Shown here: positions 8,632 through 17,835 of the stretch, one piece after another
Position numbering within the stretch: the first letter of the stretch is position 1
Layout: every line of letters begins with the position of its first letter
Virus record (IMG/VR): IMGVR_UViG_3300042868_005761
Location: 32,001-96,000 of that record
Direction: 5' to 3' (one strand)
DNA length: 64,000 nucleotides
Source: a virus
Program-made: the position numbers and the translations under genes
Notes under the pieces: model-generated
Seen by the model: only the letters and a program-made list of their open reading frames with translations
What the model was told of the DNA's origin: nothing
Database searches by the model: none

Positions 8632-9702
8632 ATGGAATCTAATAATTACTCTGCTTCTCGAGAAGTGGAATTCGTTGATATTGTTGTTGGGCTTGCTTGG
8701 GGTGATGAAGGCAAAGGCAAGGTTGTTAGCTCACTTGTTGACTACCAGCATTATGACTTTGTCTGTCGCTTTAACGGCGGCCCTAATGCAGGTCATACTG
8801 TTTACTTGGATGGTAAGCAGTACAAGACCCACCTTATCCCTAGCGGAGTATTCCACGGTGTTCCCAGCATCATTGGTCCTGCTTGCGTAATCAATGTTAG
8901 CAAGTTCATGGCAGAGATTGCCTATCTAGAAGCTAATGGGTTTGATACGAGTCTTGTTAAGGTTTCACCTAAGGCTCATGTAATTACTCAGGATCACATT
9001 AGCTATGACACTAATTATCTTTCACATCTTGGTACTACCGGACAAGGTATTGCTCCGTGTTATTCAGACAAGATGTTGCGTAAAGGAATTCGTGCGGCTG
9101 AAATGCTTGATCCTAAGTGGATCTGGGATGAGCAACTTTTTGGTTGCATTCTTGCAGAAGGTGCACAGAGCGTTTGGTTAGATATTGATCATGGATCATA
9201 CCCATACGTTACTAGCAGCTCTACTCTGCCATATAATGCTTGTTCTCTTGGCTTTTCGCCTAGAGACATCTATAAAATTATTGGCGTTGGTAAGATGTAC
9301 GATACTAAGAGTGGTGCTGATCCTATGTTTCCTGTTAGCCTAATGACTGATCCAGTTCTTGCTGAGATTGGCAGGCTTGGAAAGGAGCAAGGTACAACTA
9401 CTGGACGTCAAAGAATTGTTAATTATCTTAATCTTGATAAGATGATTGCTGCAATTCGTTTGTCTGGTGTAACTAATGTTGTAATTAACAAGGGCGATAT
9501 TCTTAATAAGATTGAGGATGGGAATCCATTCAAGTTTTATTATCAGAATGAGCTTGTTGTCTGCCGAGCGCTTAAGCAAATGCAGGATACTATTGCAGGA
9601 ATTATTGAAAGAGAATGTCCTAATCTTCTACAGGAAGAGGTGATTTTCTCTGATCATCCAGAAATTGTTAATTGGGAGGAATATTTTCCATGGAACAAGT
9701 AG
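8632..9702 (+). CDS. purA: Adenylosuccinate synthetase (canonical PurA, short form)
   Basis: WGDEGKGK with catalytic Asp retained, GGPNAGHT, GTTGQGIAP, EGAQ, YPYVTSS, GTTTGRQR, NKGD; RBS before ATG 8632. Confidence 0.9.
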   Translation: MESNNYSASREVEFVDIVVGLAWGDEGKGKVVSSLVDYQHYDFVCRFNGGPNAGHTVYLDGKQYKTHLIPSGVFHGVPSIIGPACVINVSKFMAEIAYLEANGFDTSLVKVSPKAHVITQDHISYDTNYLSHLGTTGQGIAPCYSDKMLRKGIRAAEMLDPKWIWDEQLFGCILAEGAQSVWLDIDHGSYPYVTSSSTLPYNACSLGFSPRDIYKIIGVGKMYDTKSGADPMFPVSLMTDPVLAEIGRLGKEQGTTTGRQRIVNYLNLDKMIAAIRLSGVTNVVINKGDILNKIEDGNPFKFYYQNELVVCRALKQMQDTIAGIIERECPNLLQEEVIFSDHPEIVNWEEYFPWNK

Positions 9703-10838
9703 AAACTACTGATGATGCTGTAACTAATTACTTTTTGCCTACCCTTTATAAGAAAGTAAATGGCAATAAGATTGAGGAATGGACTATTGCCGTCTTAGGT
9801 AATGGTTCATTCTACACAACAAGTGGGCATATTGATGGTGTTAAAACTACCAGTAAGCCTACTCTTTGTGAGCCAATGAATGTTGGCAAGAAAAATGCGA
9901 CTACTGCTGCTGATCAAGCTGCAAAGGAAGCAAAGGCTAAATGGGATAAGCAGATCAAGAAAGGCTACACTGAGACTGTCGAGAACGTAGATGAGGCTCT
10001 ACCTTACCAGGTAATGCTCGCTAAGAACTACGATGACTACGCAGATGACATTACTTGGCCTGCTTATACTCAGCCTAAGCTAGATGGCATTCGGTGCCGG
10101 ATCAATAAGGATGGTATGTGGACTAGAAACAATGAAAAGATTGTATCATGTCCTCATATTAATACAGCACTTGCTTCATTCTTTGAGAAGTGTCCGGATG
10201 TCCAGCTAGATGGCGAGCTTTACAATCATGAATTTAAGGATAACTTTAATAAGATTGTAGAACTTGTTAAGCGCCAGAAGATTGACGATGCTCAACTTGC
10301 TGAAAGCAAGAAGTATATTCAATTCTGGTGTTACGACAATATGGTAAGTGGTAACTTCATTGACCGCCTTAAGTTCTTTAAGCAATACAATACGTTTGGT
10401 ATGAAACTGATCGACATGAAATATGTCACAACAGTTGAAACACACACTGTAAATAGCCAGGAAGAAGTCCAGGCTAAGCTTACTGCATATCTTAAGGAAG
10501 GATATGAAGGTCTTATGCTTAGAAGAAATACTGCTTATGAGAATAAGCGAAGTAAGAATCTTCTAAAGCTTAAGAAGTTTATCGATAGCGAGTATGAGAT
10601 TGTTAACGTTGTTGAGGGCGAGGGGAACAAGTCTGGCATGGCTGGGGCATTTACCCTGGTCATGTCAGACGGTCGCCACTTTAATAGTAATATTATGGGT
10701 CCTCATGACTATCTTGTGAGACTATGGGAGAACAAAGATTCACTTATAGGTAAGCAGGTAACTATTCAATATTTCAATCTCACCCCTGATGGGGTACCTA
10801 GGTTTCCATATGCGAAAGCATTAAGAGACTACGAATAA
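9690..10838 (+). CDS. ATP-dependent DNA ligase with N-terminal extension
   Basis: Motif I KLDGIR, LDGELY, EGLMLR, LLKLKK, PRFP. Confidence 0.92.
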   Translation: MEQVETTDDAVTNYFLPTLYKKVNGNKIEEWTIAVLGNGSFYTTSGHIDGVKTTSKPTLCEPMNVGKKNATTAADQAAKEAKAKWDKQIKKGYTETVENVDEALPYQVMLAKNYDDYADDITWPAYTQPKLDGIRCRINKDGMWTRNNEKIVSCPHINTALASFFEKCPDVQLDGELYNHEFKDNFNKIVELVKRQKIDDAQLAESKKYIQFWCYDNMVSGNFIDRLKFFKQYNTFGMKLIDMKYVTTVETHTVNSQEEVQAKLTAYLKEGYEGLMLRRNTAYENKRSKNLLKLKKFIDSEYEIVNVVEGEGNKSGMAGAFTLVMSDGRHFNSNIMGPHDYLVRLWENKDSLIGKQVTIQYFNLTPDGVPRFPYAKALRDYE

Positions 10839-10850
10839 AGGAAATAATTT

Positions 10851-11246
10851 ATGGAGTATAACCTCAGTAAGAAAGAACTAGGATATATTCGAGTTGCTAT
10901 TAAACAAGCTAGACGATCCAGTTATGAAAGGTTCTGCCATGGCGCAGTCCTCATTAAGGGTGGTACAATCATTAGTACCGGTTTTAACACGGTCAAAGGT
11001 TCCCCATTCCTAAAGCATAACTTCCCGAATAGCTTGAGAGATACAATGCACGCTGAGATGACATGTCTACATGGATTCCCTACTAGCGACCTTAGTGGTG
11101 CTAGCTTGTATGTAGTTAGGGTTCAACCTAACACTCTTGAGCTTAAGAATAGTAAGCCTTGTGCGCTCTGCGAAGAGCTCATTAGCTGGTATCCTTTGAA
11201 AAAGGTAATCTATTCTAATGGAGGAGGGTTGTTTAGCGCATTGTAA
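10851..11246 (+). CDS. Zn-dependent cytidine/dCMP deaminase-fold protein
   Basis: HGAVL...GFN, HAE and PCALC motifs. Confidence 0.85.
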   Translation: MEYNLSKKELGYIRVAIKQARRSSYERFCHGAVLIKGGTIISTGFNTVKGSPFLKHNFPNSLRDTMHAEMTCLHGFPTSDLSGASLYVVRVQPNTLELKNSKPCALCEELISWYPLKKVIYSNGGGLFSAL

Positions 11247-11258
11247 TACAAGGAGAAA

Positions 11259-11804
11259 ATGCTTACGAAAATACTAATGTTGCTGTCATTCTGGATTGTG
11301 CCAATGAGAAATCTCATTGAGTACGATGCGATTAAGGCAACAGACACATATCGGATCTTGGATAAATATGAATACATCTCTGATTCAGATAAATACTTAA
11401 TCTCTGATGCAATTGAAAAAACTTCAATTGACAAGAAGTTATCCAAGCAAGAAAAAGCAATTGTTCTGGCCGTCGCATTTCAAGAAAGCAGATTTACTAA
11501 AGAGGCAATCGGCTCTTCTGGTGAGTGCGGCCTGTATCAACAGATACCTAAATGGCTACCTAATAAAGAATTGCGTAAAATGAAATACAATGATGCTTGT
11601 GATCTTCTTAAGAATCCATATAGTGGAACTAGAGAGTTCATAAATACTTATAGGCACCTTGAGACACGCTACAAAGAAGATTGGCCTTGTCATTATAACC
11701 AAGGCATTATATGCGGAGCTAGAGGCTATGCTTATTTAAAGAATCATTATCGACTTAGGAGACAGTTTGAGCGTCAACAAGATAAATACGCTAAACTTAA
11801 CTAA
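11259..11804 (+). CDS. Lytic transglycosylase (SLT-like) with N-terminal hydrophobic segment
   Basis: AVAFQESRF (catalytic Glu), GLYQQ, HYNQG. Confidence 0.75.
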   Translation: MLTKILMLLSFWIVPMRNLIEYDAIKATDTYRILDKYEYISDSDKYLISDAIEKTSIDKKLSKQEKAIVLAVAFQESRFTKEAIGSSGECGLYQQIPKWLPNKELRKMKYNDACDLLKNPYSGTREFINTYRHLETRYKEDWPCHYNQGIICGARGYAYLKNHYRLRRQFERQQDKYAKLN

Positions 11805-12348
11805 TGATCAGGTTATCTGGCAAATAGTAATATGGTTCTATACTAAAGTATTAAATATTACTGATTACTTCAGTGATACACTCTTAGTTGACATGAAAGA
11901 TATTGCTTTTCCAGATACTCTAAATACTTTAGACTTAGATAAATACTATTATGATCTGAATAGCTATGCGGCTATAGAAAACTATATACAAAAAGCTCTC
12001 ATCCAACGCCAATTAACGCCACAGACACAAGAGCTAGCTATATTTTTTTATCTGCATGCTAAGTTAGGTCATAACGTAGTGTTCTATCCTGGTGAAAGTT
12101 TTAGGAAAAAGAACGTATTCCTTATAGAGGAGGAAAACACCGTCTACTATATTAAGTATGGAAACGATGCAACCTATGATTCGATAAGGAATATTGTTCT
12201 TGATCTTAGTAAAAAACATAAAATATGTCACTACAAAATATTAACTTTAGACAAAAACTTTAAGAAGACTAAAATGTTTAAACATTTTGTTTTTGATTTT
12301 TCTTGTTTGTCTGATTTGAATGACAAAACAAGACATCTAGAGGAGTAG
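11767..12348 (+). CDS. Hypothetical protein
   Basis: ORF fills the gap in the operon; start uncertain. Confidence 0.6.
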   Translation: MSVNKINTLNLTNDQVIWQIVIWFYTKVLNITDYFSDTLLVDMKDIAFPDTLNTLDLDKYYYDLNSYAAIENYIQKALIQRQLTPQTQELAIFFYLHAKLGHNVVFYPGESFRKKNVFLIEEENTVYYIKYGNDATYDSIRNIVLDLSKKHKICHYKILTLDKNFKKTKMFKHFVFDFSCLSDLNDKTRHLEE

Positions 12349-12349
12349 A

Positions 12350-12985
12350 ATGGATATAGAAAAGTTGATTGCAAGGATTAGACAAGAAAATTTGTCTAGT
12401 CTTTTGTATGGAACTAGACTTGTTGGTAATTACATTGGAATTTTTGGTCTCAAAAAGCGCCCAGATGATATTGACTTTAAAGAAACTGGTACACTTGAAG
12501 ATCTTGATATTAAAGCAAGTGTTGATAAGACTACAAAACTTATAAGGAAATCTATTCCTGGTGATTTTTGTGTTATAGCTTATCCCAGTAATTTCGCTCC
12601 TCTTGGAGATGAGAGATACGCAATTCAATATAATTATCAAATTATTGATTGTGATATATATGCCTATTTAATGTGCGCACAAGCAATTAAAGCTAATAAA
12701 CTTAAAGTTGTAGACAGCTCGTATTCTGATATTTTCTACTTTGATGGAAGATTTGTAGATCTATCTCATTACCTGCTAGACCATATACATGAGCACACAT
12801 TTTTCTTAAGTGAAAGATCGTGTCTCATTCCGTATATGTACTCTCGCAGGACTAAAGGTATTTACTCAGGAGACAATGTTGAAGACCTTTTGTTCAATTT
12901 GCCCAAGGTTGTTGGTGCTGAAAACATAAAAGATATTTTTTCGCTTATGACTATATTGTCTAATATTAACTCTAATCAAAACTAA
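12350..12985 (+). CDS. Hypothetical protein
   Basis: GAGGAG RBS, 211 aa ORF. Confidence 0.7.
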   Translation: MDIEKLIARIRQENLSSLLYGTRLVGNYIGIFGLKKRPDDIDFKETGTLEDLDIKASVDKTTKLIRKSIPGDFCVIAYPSNFAPLGDERYAIQYNYQIIDCDIYAYLMCAQAIKANKLKVVDSSYSDIFYFDGRFVDLSHYLLDHIHEHTFFLSERSCLIPYMYSRRTKGIYSGDNVEDLLFNLPKVVGAENIKDIFSLMTILSNINSNQN

Positions 12986-12999
12986 TCAAAGGATACAGA

Positions 13000-13515
13000 A
13001 TGTCAGACACAACTAATTCAAATCCCTCAGCTAATATCCGTTCTACCTCTGAGTACAATGTTACTGCTTACTGGCGCAACATTGACACTTACACCACGAC
13101 TGGCAATGATATCTTTGCTGTTCGTGCCCGTGATATTGGTCATTCATGTGGGATTTCCACTGCTCAAGTGAGCCGTGATCTTAAGATTACGACGACTGCT
13201 CTTACTAATCTTGTTCGTAATCGTAACAAGACTGATGGTAAGTTTGACAATGTCATTACGACGCTTGTGCGGGCCCGTGAGTACCGTACTCGTACTGGTA
13301 AAGTGCATCCTATGCATCGCTCACTAGTCCATGCCGTATCCACCAAGTATTCAACTCGTGTGGCTGCTGCTCTAGGTGGTATCTCACCTAGCACTGCGAG
13401 TGTCTGGACCCAGCATGAGCGTAAGGAGATCTCTCGTCGTTACGCCGAGTCTTTTCTCACTGACCTTTCTAGCATTAATCCAAACACTTTCAATACCAAA
13501 GACATTTCTAAGTAA
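13000..13515 (+). CDS. Putative DNA-binding protein with two HTH-like segments
   Basis: ARDIGHSCGISTAQVSRDL and STRVAAALGGISPSTASVW resemble HTH motifs; Arg-rich. Confidence 0.55.
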   Translation: MSDTTNSNPSANIRSTSEYNVTAYWRNIDTYTTTGNDIFAVRARDIGHSCGISTAQVSRDLKITTTALTNLVRNRNKTDGKFDNVITTLVRAREYRTRTGKVHPMHRSLVHAVSTKYSTRVAAALGGISPSTASVWTQHERKEISRRYAESFLTDLSSINPNTFNTKDISK

Positions 13516-13528
13516 TAAGGTTTGAATT

Positions 13529-13792
13529 ATGAGCCTTATACTAGCCGCTGTATTTTTTGGACTATTACTAGGTTACTCAACCTATCATACATTCACAAAA
13601 TTGCCAATGGGAGTTCAGTTCTTTTTATTTAGACATGAATTCCTATTTGACGCTGCGGTTACATTTGCAAATCTATTGTTCATAACTGGCATTTCAATGT
13701 CATTTATGGCAATAGCTGCAGGCGTAATTAGTGAATTTACTTGTTTATTCCTATTTGGTTTAAGAAAGAAACAACTATATAACACTATATAA
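13529..13792 (+). CDS. Small membrane protein
   Basis: Two or three hydrophobic stretches and a basic C-terminus. Confidence 0.7.
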   Translation: MSLILAAVFFGLLLGYSTYHTFTKLPMGVQFFLFRHEFLFDAAVTFANLLFITGISMSFMAIAAGVISEFTCLFLFGLRKKQLYNTI

Positions 13793-13800
13793 GGAGCATT

Positions 13801-14430
13801 ATGACTACTAATGTTTTTAAGTCAGATGAGAGAGTTACTTTTGCGAGCGCTCTTTTCGTTCGCAAGCACGATTACAGTGAGCATTCTTGTCAAGTCTATC
13901 AGATTTCAGAGCTAAAGAATGCTAATATGTATGACAATGCAAGCTATCTTGCTACTCTATACAATCGTAATAGAGGAATTTTTTCAAAGAAGAATCGCAT
14001 AGAGACTGGCTTGTCAGTTAGATATGTAACTACTGCGGCCTTTCGTCTTGGTGATTCTGAGTTTGCTTTTGCTTTGTCTGTCCATAATCCTGTAGATGCT
14101 TATGATAAGCATGAGGGCAGAAAGGTTGCTTTGTCTAGACTTAAGCGAGCTTTTCTTGGTCGACCGAATACCGATAAGTTTGTTTGGATTGCTGACTATT
14201 CAGTCACTGATTCTACAACAAAAATTCGCATTCATCCTTTGACTGCACAGGCAAGAATGGAGTATCCTATATATGAAGAGGTTATAGATTCTTGTGATCT
14301 ACAATTCGGTACTCCAGACAGACCTGACTTTAGAGCTCTTGCGAAAGTTGCTTATAAGCTTATCTCTGATAAGGTTTCACAAGCAAATCCGAAATACGAT
14401 CTATCAGACTATCGCACTATATTGAAGTAA
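13801..14430 (+). CDS. Hypothetical protein
   Basis: AAGGAG RBS, 209 aa. Confidence 0.7.
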   Translation: MTTNVFKSDERVTFASALFVRKHDYSEHSCQVYQISELKNANMYDNASYLATLYNRNRGIFSKKNRIETGLSVRYVTTAAFRLGDSEFAFALSVHNPVDAYDKHEGRKVALSRLKRAFLGRPNTDKFVWIADYSVTDSTTKIRIHPLTAQARMEYPIYEEVIDSCDLQFGTPDRPDFRALAKVAYKLISDKVSQANPKYDLSDYRTILK

Positions 14431-14443
14431 ATAAAGGATATTA

Positions 14444-14530
14444 ATGGATATTAATCAAAAGAAATTGTCATTTGCGTTGAAGAATTATCTAACCGACAAT
14501 CAATACGTCTTTACAGTTACTTATCATTAG
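14444..14530 (+). CDS. Putative 28-aa microprotein (MDINQKKLSFALKNYLTDNQYVFTVTYH), not in the ORF track
   Basis: AAGGA RBS, ATG 14444, TAG ending 14530; fills an intergenic gap. Confidence 0.45.
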   Translation: MDINQKKLSFALKNYLTDNQYVFTVTYH

Positions 14531-14548
14531 GAAATAAATAAATTAATT

Positions 14549-14758
14549 ATGTCAAAGAATTATAGAGAAGATTTCTCAGATCATGAGATTAAAGGCTTTA
14601 AGGCTCAGAAGAATGAGCGTAAACCTAGGGATTTTAATCCTGCCGAAGAAGAGGACGGAGTATCTTGTCCGAAATGTAGGCGGTTTTTAACTTATACTTA
14701 TTTAGCTAGAAATTCTAAGTGCTATAGCTGCGAGAGCCTTGTGACTCTCACAGACTAG
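14549..14758 (+). CDS. Small zinc-ribbon protein
   Basis: CPKC...CYSC. Confidence 0.65.
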   Translation: MSKNYREDFSDHEIKGFKAQKNERKPRDFNPAEEEDGVSCPKCRRFLTYTYLARNSKCYSCESLVTLTD

Positions 14759-14769
14759 AGGAGTAAAAT

Positions 14770-15039
14770 ATGGCAACTATCTTAGAATCTAATAAGAAAG
14801 TTGCTGATTTTATTTCATACTTACAAAGTATTGAAATAGCTCCTGGATTTTCTATCTTAGATTCTTTTGAAGATTTTGAAGATTATCTATTTCTTTATTT
14901 TCAAAAGCAAATCTGGAATCGAGAAATTTTTGACATAACTATTAAAGTAGGAGACGTTCTAGGATATAGGACCTCCTACTTTTTTTATGACAAGAAAACA
15001 AATAAAATGGCTGTCTGCTATGTAAGGGACACAGAATGA
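14770..15039 (+). CDS. Hypothetical protein
   Basis: GAGGAG RBS. Confidence 0.65.
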   Translation: MATILESNKKVADFISYLQSIEIAPGFSILDSFEDFEDYLFLYFQKQIWNREIFDITIKVGDVLGYRTSYFFYDKKTNKMAVCYVRDTE

Positions 15040-15338
15040 GAAATATAAATTCAGACTCAATTACCAATACTGCAGATGCTATTGGCGATCTTGTTGCTGA
15101 GAAAAATCTTGCCTATGGTGATGCTTTTTCAAAAGCTGGTGAAGTATTAAAAATTTTATATCCGAATGGTGTTTCCACGGATAAGTATCTTGATATCTTA
15201 GTTACAGTTCGAATTCTTGATAAGTTATTTCGAATTGCTAATAGTAAAGATGCTTTTGGCGAAAGCCCATGGCAAGATATTGCAGGTTATGGAATTCTTA
15301 TGAGTGCTTACTCAAATACAGAGATAGAGGAGAAATAA
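15036..15338 (+). CDS. Nucleotide modification-associated domain (Nmad1/DUF1599-like)
   Basis: KNLAYGDAF, RILDKLFRI and WQDIAGYGIL pattern. Confidence 0.7.
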   Translation: MRNINSDSITNTADAIGDLVAEKNLAYGDAFSKAGEVLKILYPNGVSTDKYLDILVTVRILDKLFRIANSKDAFGESPWQDIAGYGILMSAYSNTEIEEK

Positions 15339-15340
15339 CA

Positions 15341-16240
15341 ATGACTTGTATCCTAGGATATTCAAATACAGGCATCGACACTACTACCGGCATGCCTACC
15401 AATATGGATCTTGATCCATTGCTTAAATCTGTTTTACTGAAAGCCGATAGCCGTGTTAGCTATGCTGATTATGGCTTTATGCTTAAGCAACCTAAGATCT
15501 TCATTCGTGATGATATTATGTTTGGTTATGCTGGTGTTCTTAAGGATGCCCAGCTATTTCAGCATACTTACTACGAGCTCATTCGCCCTGATGATGTAAG
15601 CGATATTGCTTATATTCATAATGTGCTTAACGAGATTATTCCTGCAAGTATGCAGAGTAAGATAGTTACTAAGGGTCGTGGCATGGACGATATGGATCCA
15701 CTACCAGCTAGCAATCTTAATTTGCTTGTTGGTTATCGTGGCAATCTTTATCATGTAGACGCGTTCCTTTGCGTGACCCTTCTAGCTGAGCCATTTCAGG
15801 CCACAGGTAGTGGGCAACCTACAGCTCTTGGCGCATACTCTCTAGCTAGACGCTTGGGCCTTCTTGACCCAGCTGACGACGATGAGACGCATGTCATGTT
15901 TGACGGCGAACAACTACTAGATACGGTTATGGATTCAGTTTGTGATATCCATATGGGAGTAGCTGGTCCATTCTGTATGGTCGAACAAGTATATAATACT
16001 GAAACGAAAGAAACAATCTATGTTGTAAAGGAAACTTACAGTGAAGTAGATACTATTTTCACTAAGCCCTTTCCTCATAAGCTATCAATCATTTATGATA
16101 CTGATGACCAATTTGTACAGTATGGCAAGTCTCATACTCCTAAAGTAAAATCAACTCCAAAGACAGCTTCAAATAAGAAGACTAAGGGTAAATCAAAAAA
16201 GAATTCTACAACCGATAAGAAAAAGAAAGGATCCGATTAA
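15341..16240 (+). CDS. Ntn-hydrolase protease (HslV/proteasome beta-like) with Lys-rich tail
   Basis: Starts M-T-C-I (Thr1 nucleophile), ADSRVS, conserved Lys (PKIF), GYAG, ATGSG; GAGGAG RBS before ATG 15341. Confidence 0.75.
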   Translation: MTCILGYSNTGIDTTTGMPTNMDLDPLLKSVLLKADSRVSYADYGFMLKQPKIFIRDDIMFGYAGVLKDAQLFQHTYYELIRPDDVSDIAYIHNVLNEIIPASMQSKIVTKGRGMDDMDPLPASNLNLLVGYRGNLYHVDAFLCVTLLAEPFQATGSGQPTALGAYSLARRLGLLDPADDDETHVMFDGEQLLDTVMDSVCDIHMGVAGPFCMVEQVYNTETKETIYVVKETYSEVDTIFTKPFPHKLSIIYDTDDQFVQYGKSHTPKVKSTPKTASNKKTKGKSKKNSTTDKKKKGSD

Positions 16241-16242
16241 CT

Positions 16243-16758
16243 ATGTCTGACTACAAATACAATGGTTTACATTTAATTTATGATGCTGGCGCTAAGTCAG
16301 TGCCTTCAACTGATAGATTAAATCCTCTTAATGATCCAAGTATGGGTCATAAAGTTGTATCAGCCCTTGTAGATGCAATTGATATGACATTAATTGTTCC
16401 TCCACTTACTATAGAATTCCCACATAATAAGTGTGAACTAGAGCGAGTCCTTCAGCGCTTAAATGCTGAAGGGCTTGCTAATTCTACTACTGCCCAGTTT
16501 ATTGCTGGTGCCCTGAAAGAGCGTGCTGAGCAAACATATGGTTATAGTACGATTGCAATGATTGCAGAATCGCATATTGCATTTCATACATTTCCCGAAC
16601 AGGGATTTGTAACCGCTGATGTTTATTCATGCAAAGATTTTGATGCAAAGCTTGTTGAAGAAATATTTGACAGGATGTTCTTTCCTGGTTCAAAAGATAT
16701 TGAGAAAAGTGTTCATATGGTCCGTAGAACTTTGGACCTGTCTCGTTTCGCGGAGTAA
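16243..16758 (+). CDS. speD: S-adenosylmethionine decarboxylase-family pyruvoyl enzyme
   Basis: GLHLIYD; IAESHIAFHTFPE (E-S autocleavage site); DVYSC. Confidence 0.85.
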   Translation: MSDYKYNGLHLIYDAGAKSVPSTDRLNPLNDPSMGHKVVSALVDAIDMTLIVPPLTIEFPHNKCELERVLQRLNAEGLANSTTAQFIAGALKERAEQTYGYSTIAMIAESHIAFHTFPEQGFVTADVYSCKDFDAKLVEEIFDRMFFPGSKDIEKSVHMVRRTLDLSRFAE

Positions 16759-16760
16759 AA

Positions 16761-17834
16761 ATGTTTTTTAAATTTGAGGATGCGGTAGCTGCAAATTATC
16801 AGCTTGCCTATGATGATATTTTGCTTAATCAGGCTCCAGTGTCTGATATCAATAGTAGATATGGATCAAATATTAGTCCTTACCACAGGAATGAAAATGG
16901 GTATTATCAAAAGCCTTTTGATGCTTTGCCAATTGTTGCTAGTCCTATGCCAGGGATTGCCGGCCATAATTTTATGGACGCAATCACTGACTCCAGCTAT
17001 AAGCCTTTTGCAGTGTTTGCTGACAGGTTTCGCCCAGAACATGAGCTAGACGAAATGTATATGAGAGGCTGTGGCATTAGCATTGGCCTTGACTATTCAA
17101 TTGACAAGTTGCTCCATAAGGTCAGTGAGTATGAGATTGCTCACGTTCTAGTTGACATTGCTAATGGTAATCTAGACAGCATGTATGACTATCTGGTAAA
17201 GCTCCAGAACCTTCGCTTTGATGAGGGTGTCTTTATCTGGGCCGGAAACGTAACCAACGAGCTAGCTTATAGTCGCATTGCTAGTCTTTGCGATTATATT
17301 CGTGTAGGCATTGGTGGCGGTAGCGCTTGCACTACTCGTCTCAATACTGGTGTTGGCGCTGGTAATGTTACTGCACTTGCACGTTGTCATGCTGAGCGTA
17401 AGCGACTAGTCTATACATATCCTAAGGACGCCGCCGCTCCAGCTTATATTGTGGCTGACGGTGGCATCCGGAATAATGGCGATATCTGCAAGGCTCTTGC
17501 TTCAGGGGCAGATCTTGTAATGCTTGGAAAGATGTTTACTGCTACATCTGAGAGTGCCGCAGGCGCAGTACTAGACGAAAAGACTGGTATCTGGTACAAG
17601 GAATACGCAGGACTTGCTAGCTCTTTCTATAATAAGAAGAGCAGCATTGAAGGCCAGTCTGGGCTTATTCCTATGACAGAATCTGTTGTAGAGATGCTTA
17701 AAGGTATTGAAGGGAATCTTCGTAGCGCTATGAGCTATACTAATAGTCATAGCCTTATTGAGCTTCAAAACTGTACTAAACTTATTTGTTCTCCTAATAT
17801 TACCGTTGAAAATAACACTTCACTAGTGAGATAA
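16761..17834 (+). CDS. guaC: GMP reductase (IMPDH/GMPR family, GuaC-like)
   Basis: YDDILL, ASPM, VDIANG, GIGGGSACTTR, ADGGI, MLG; short flap KEYAGLAS...SIEG lacks the IMPDH Arg-Tyr dyad; no CBS domains. Confidence 0.72.
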   Translation: MFFKFEDAVAANYQLAYDDILLNQAPVSDINSRYGSNISPYHRNENGYYQKPFDALPIVASPMPGIAGHNFMDAITDSSYKPFAVFADRFRPEHELDEMYMRGCGISIGLDYSIDKLLHKVSEYEIAHVLVDIANGNLDSMYDYLVKLQNLRFDEGVFIWAGNVTNELAYSRIASLCDYIRVGIGGGSACTTRLNTGVGAGNVTALARCHAERKRLVYTYPKDAAAPAYIVADGGIRNNGDICKALASGADLVMLGKMFTATSESAAGAVLDEKTGIWYKEYAGLASSFYNKKSSIEGQSGLIPMTESVVEMLKGIEGNLRSAMSYTNSHSLIELQNCTKLICSPNITVENNTSLVR

Positions 17835-17835
17835 A

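Noticed and set aside
8632-9702. PurZ / 2-aminoadenine (Z-genome) pathway
   Set aside because: The catalytic Asp is retained (GDEGKG, not GSxxKG) and the GTP-type NKGD motif is present; no DatZ/MazZ-like neighbour is recognisable, so this is canonical PurA
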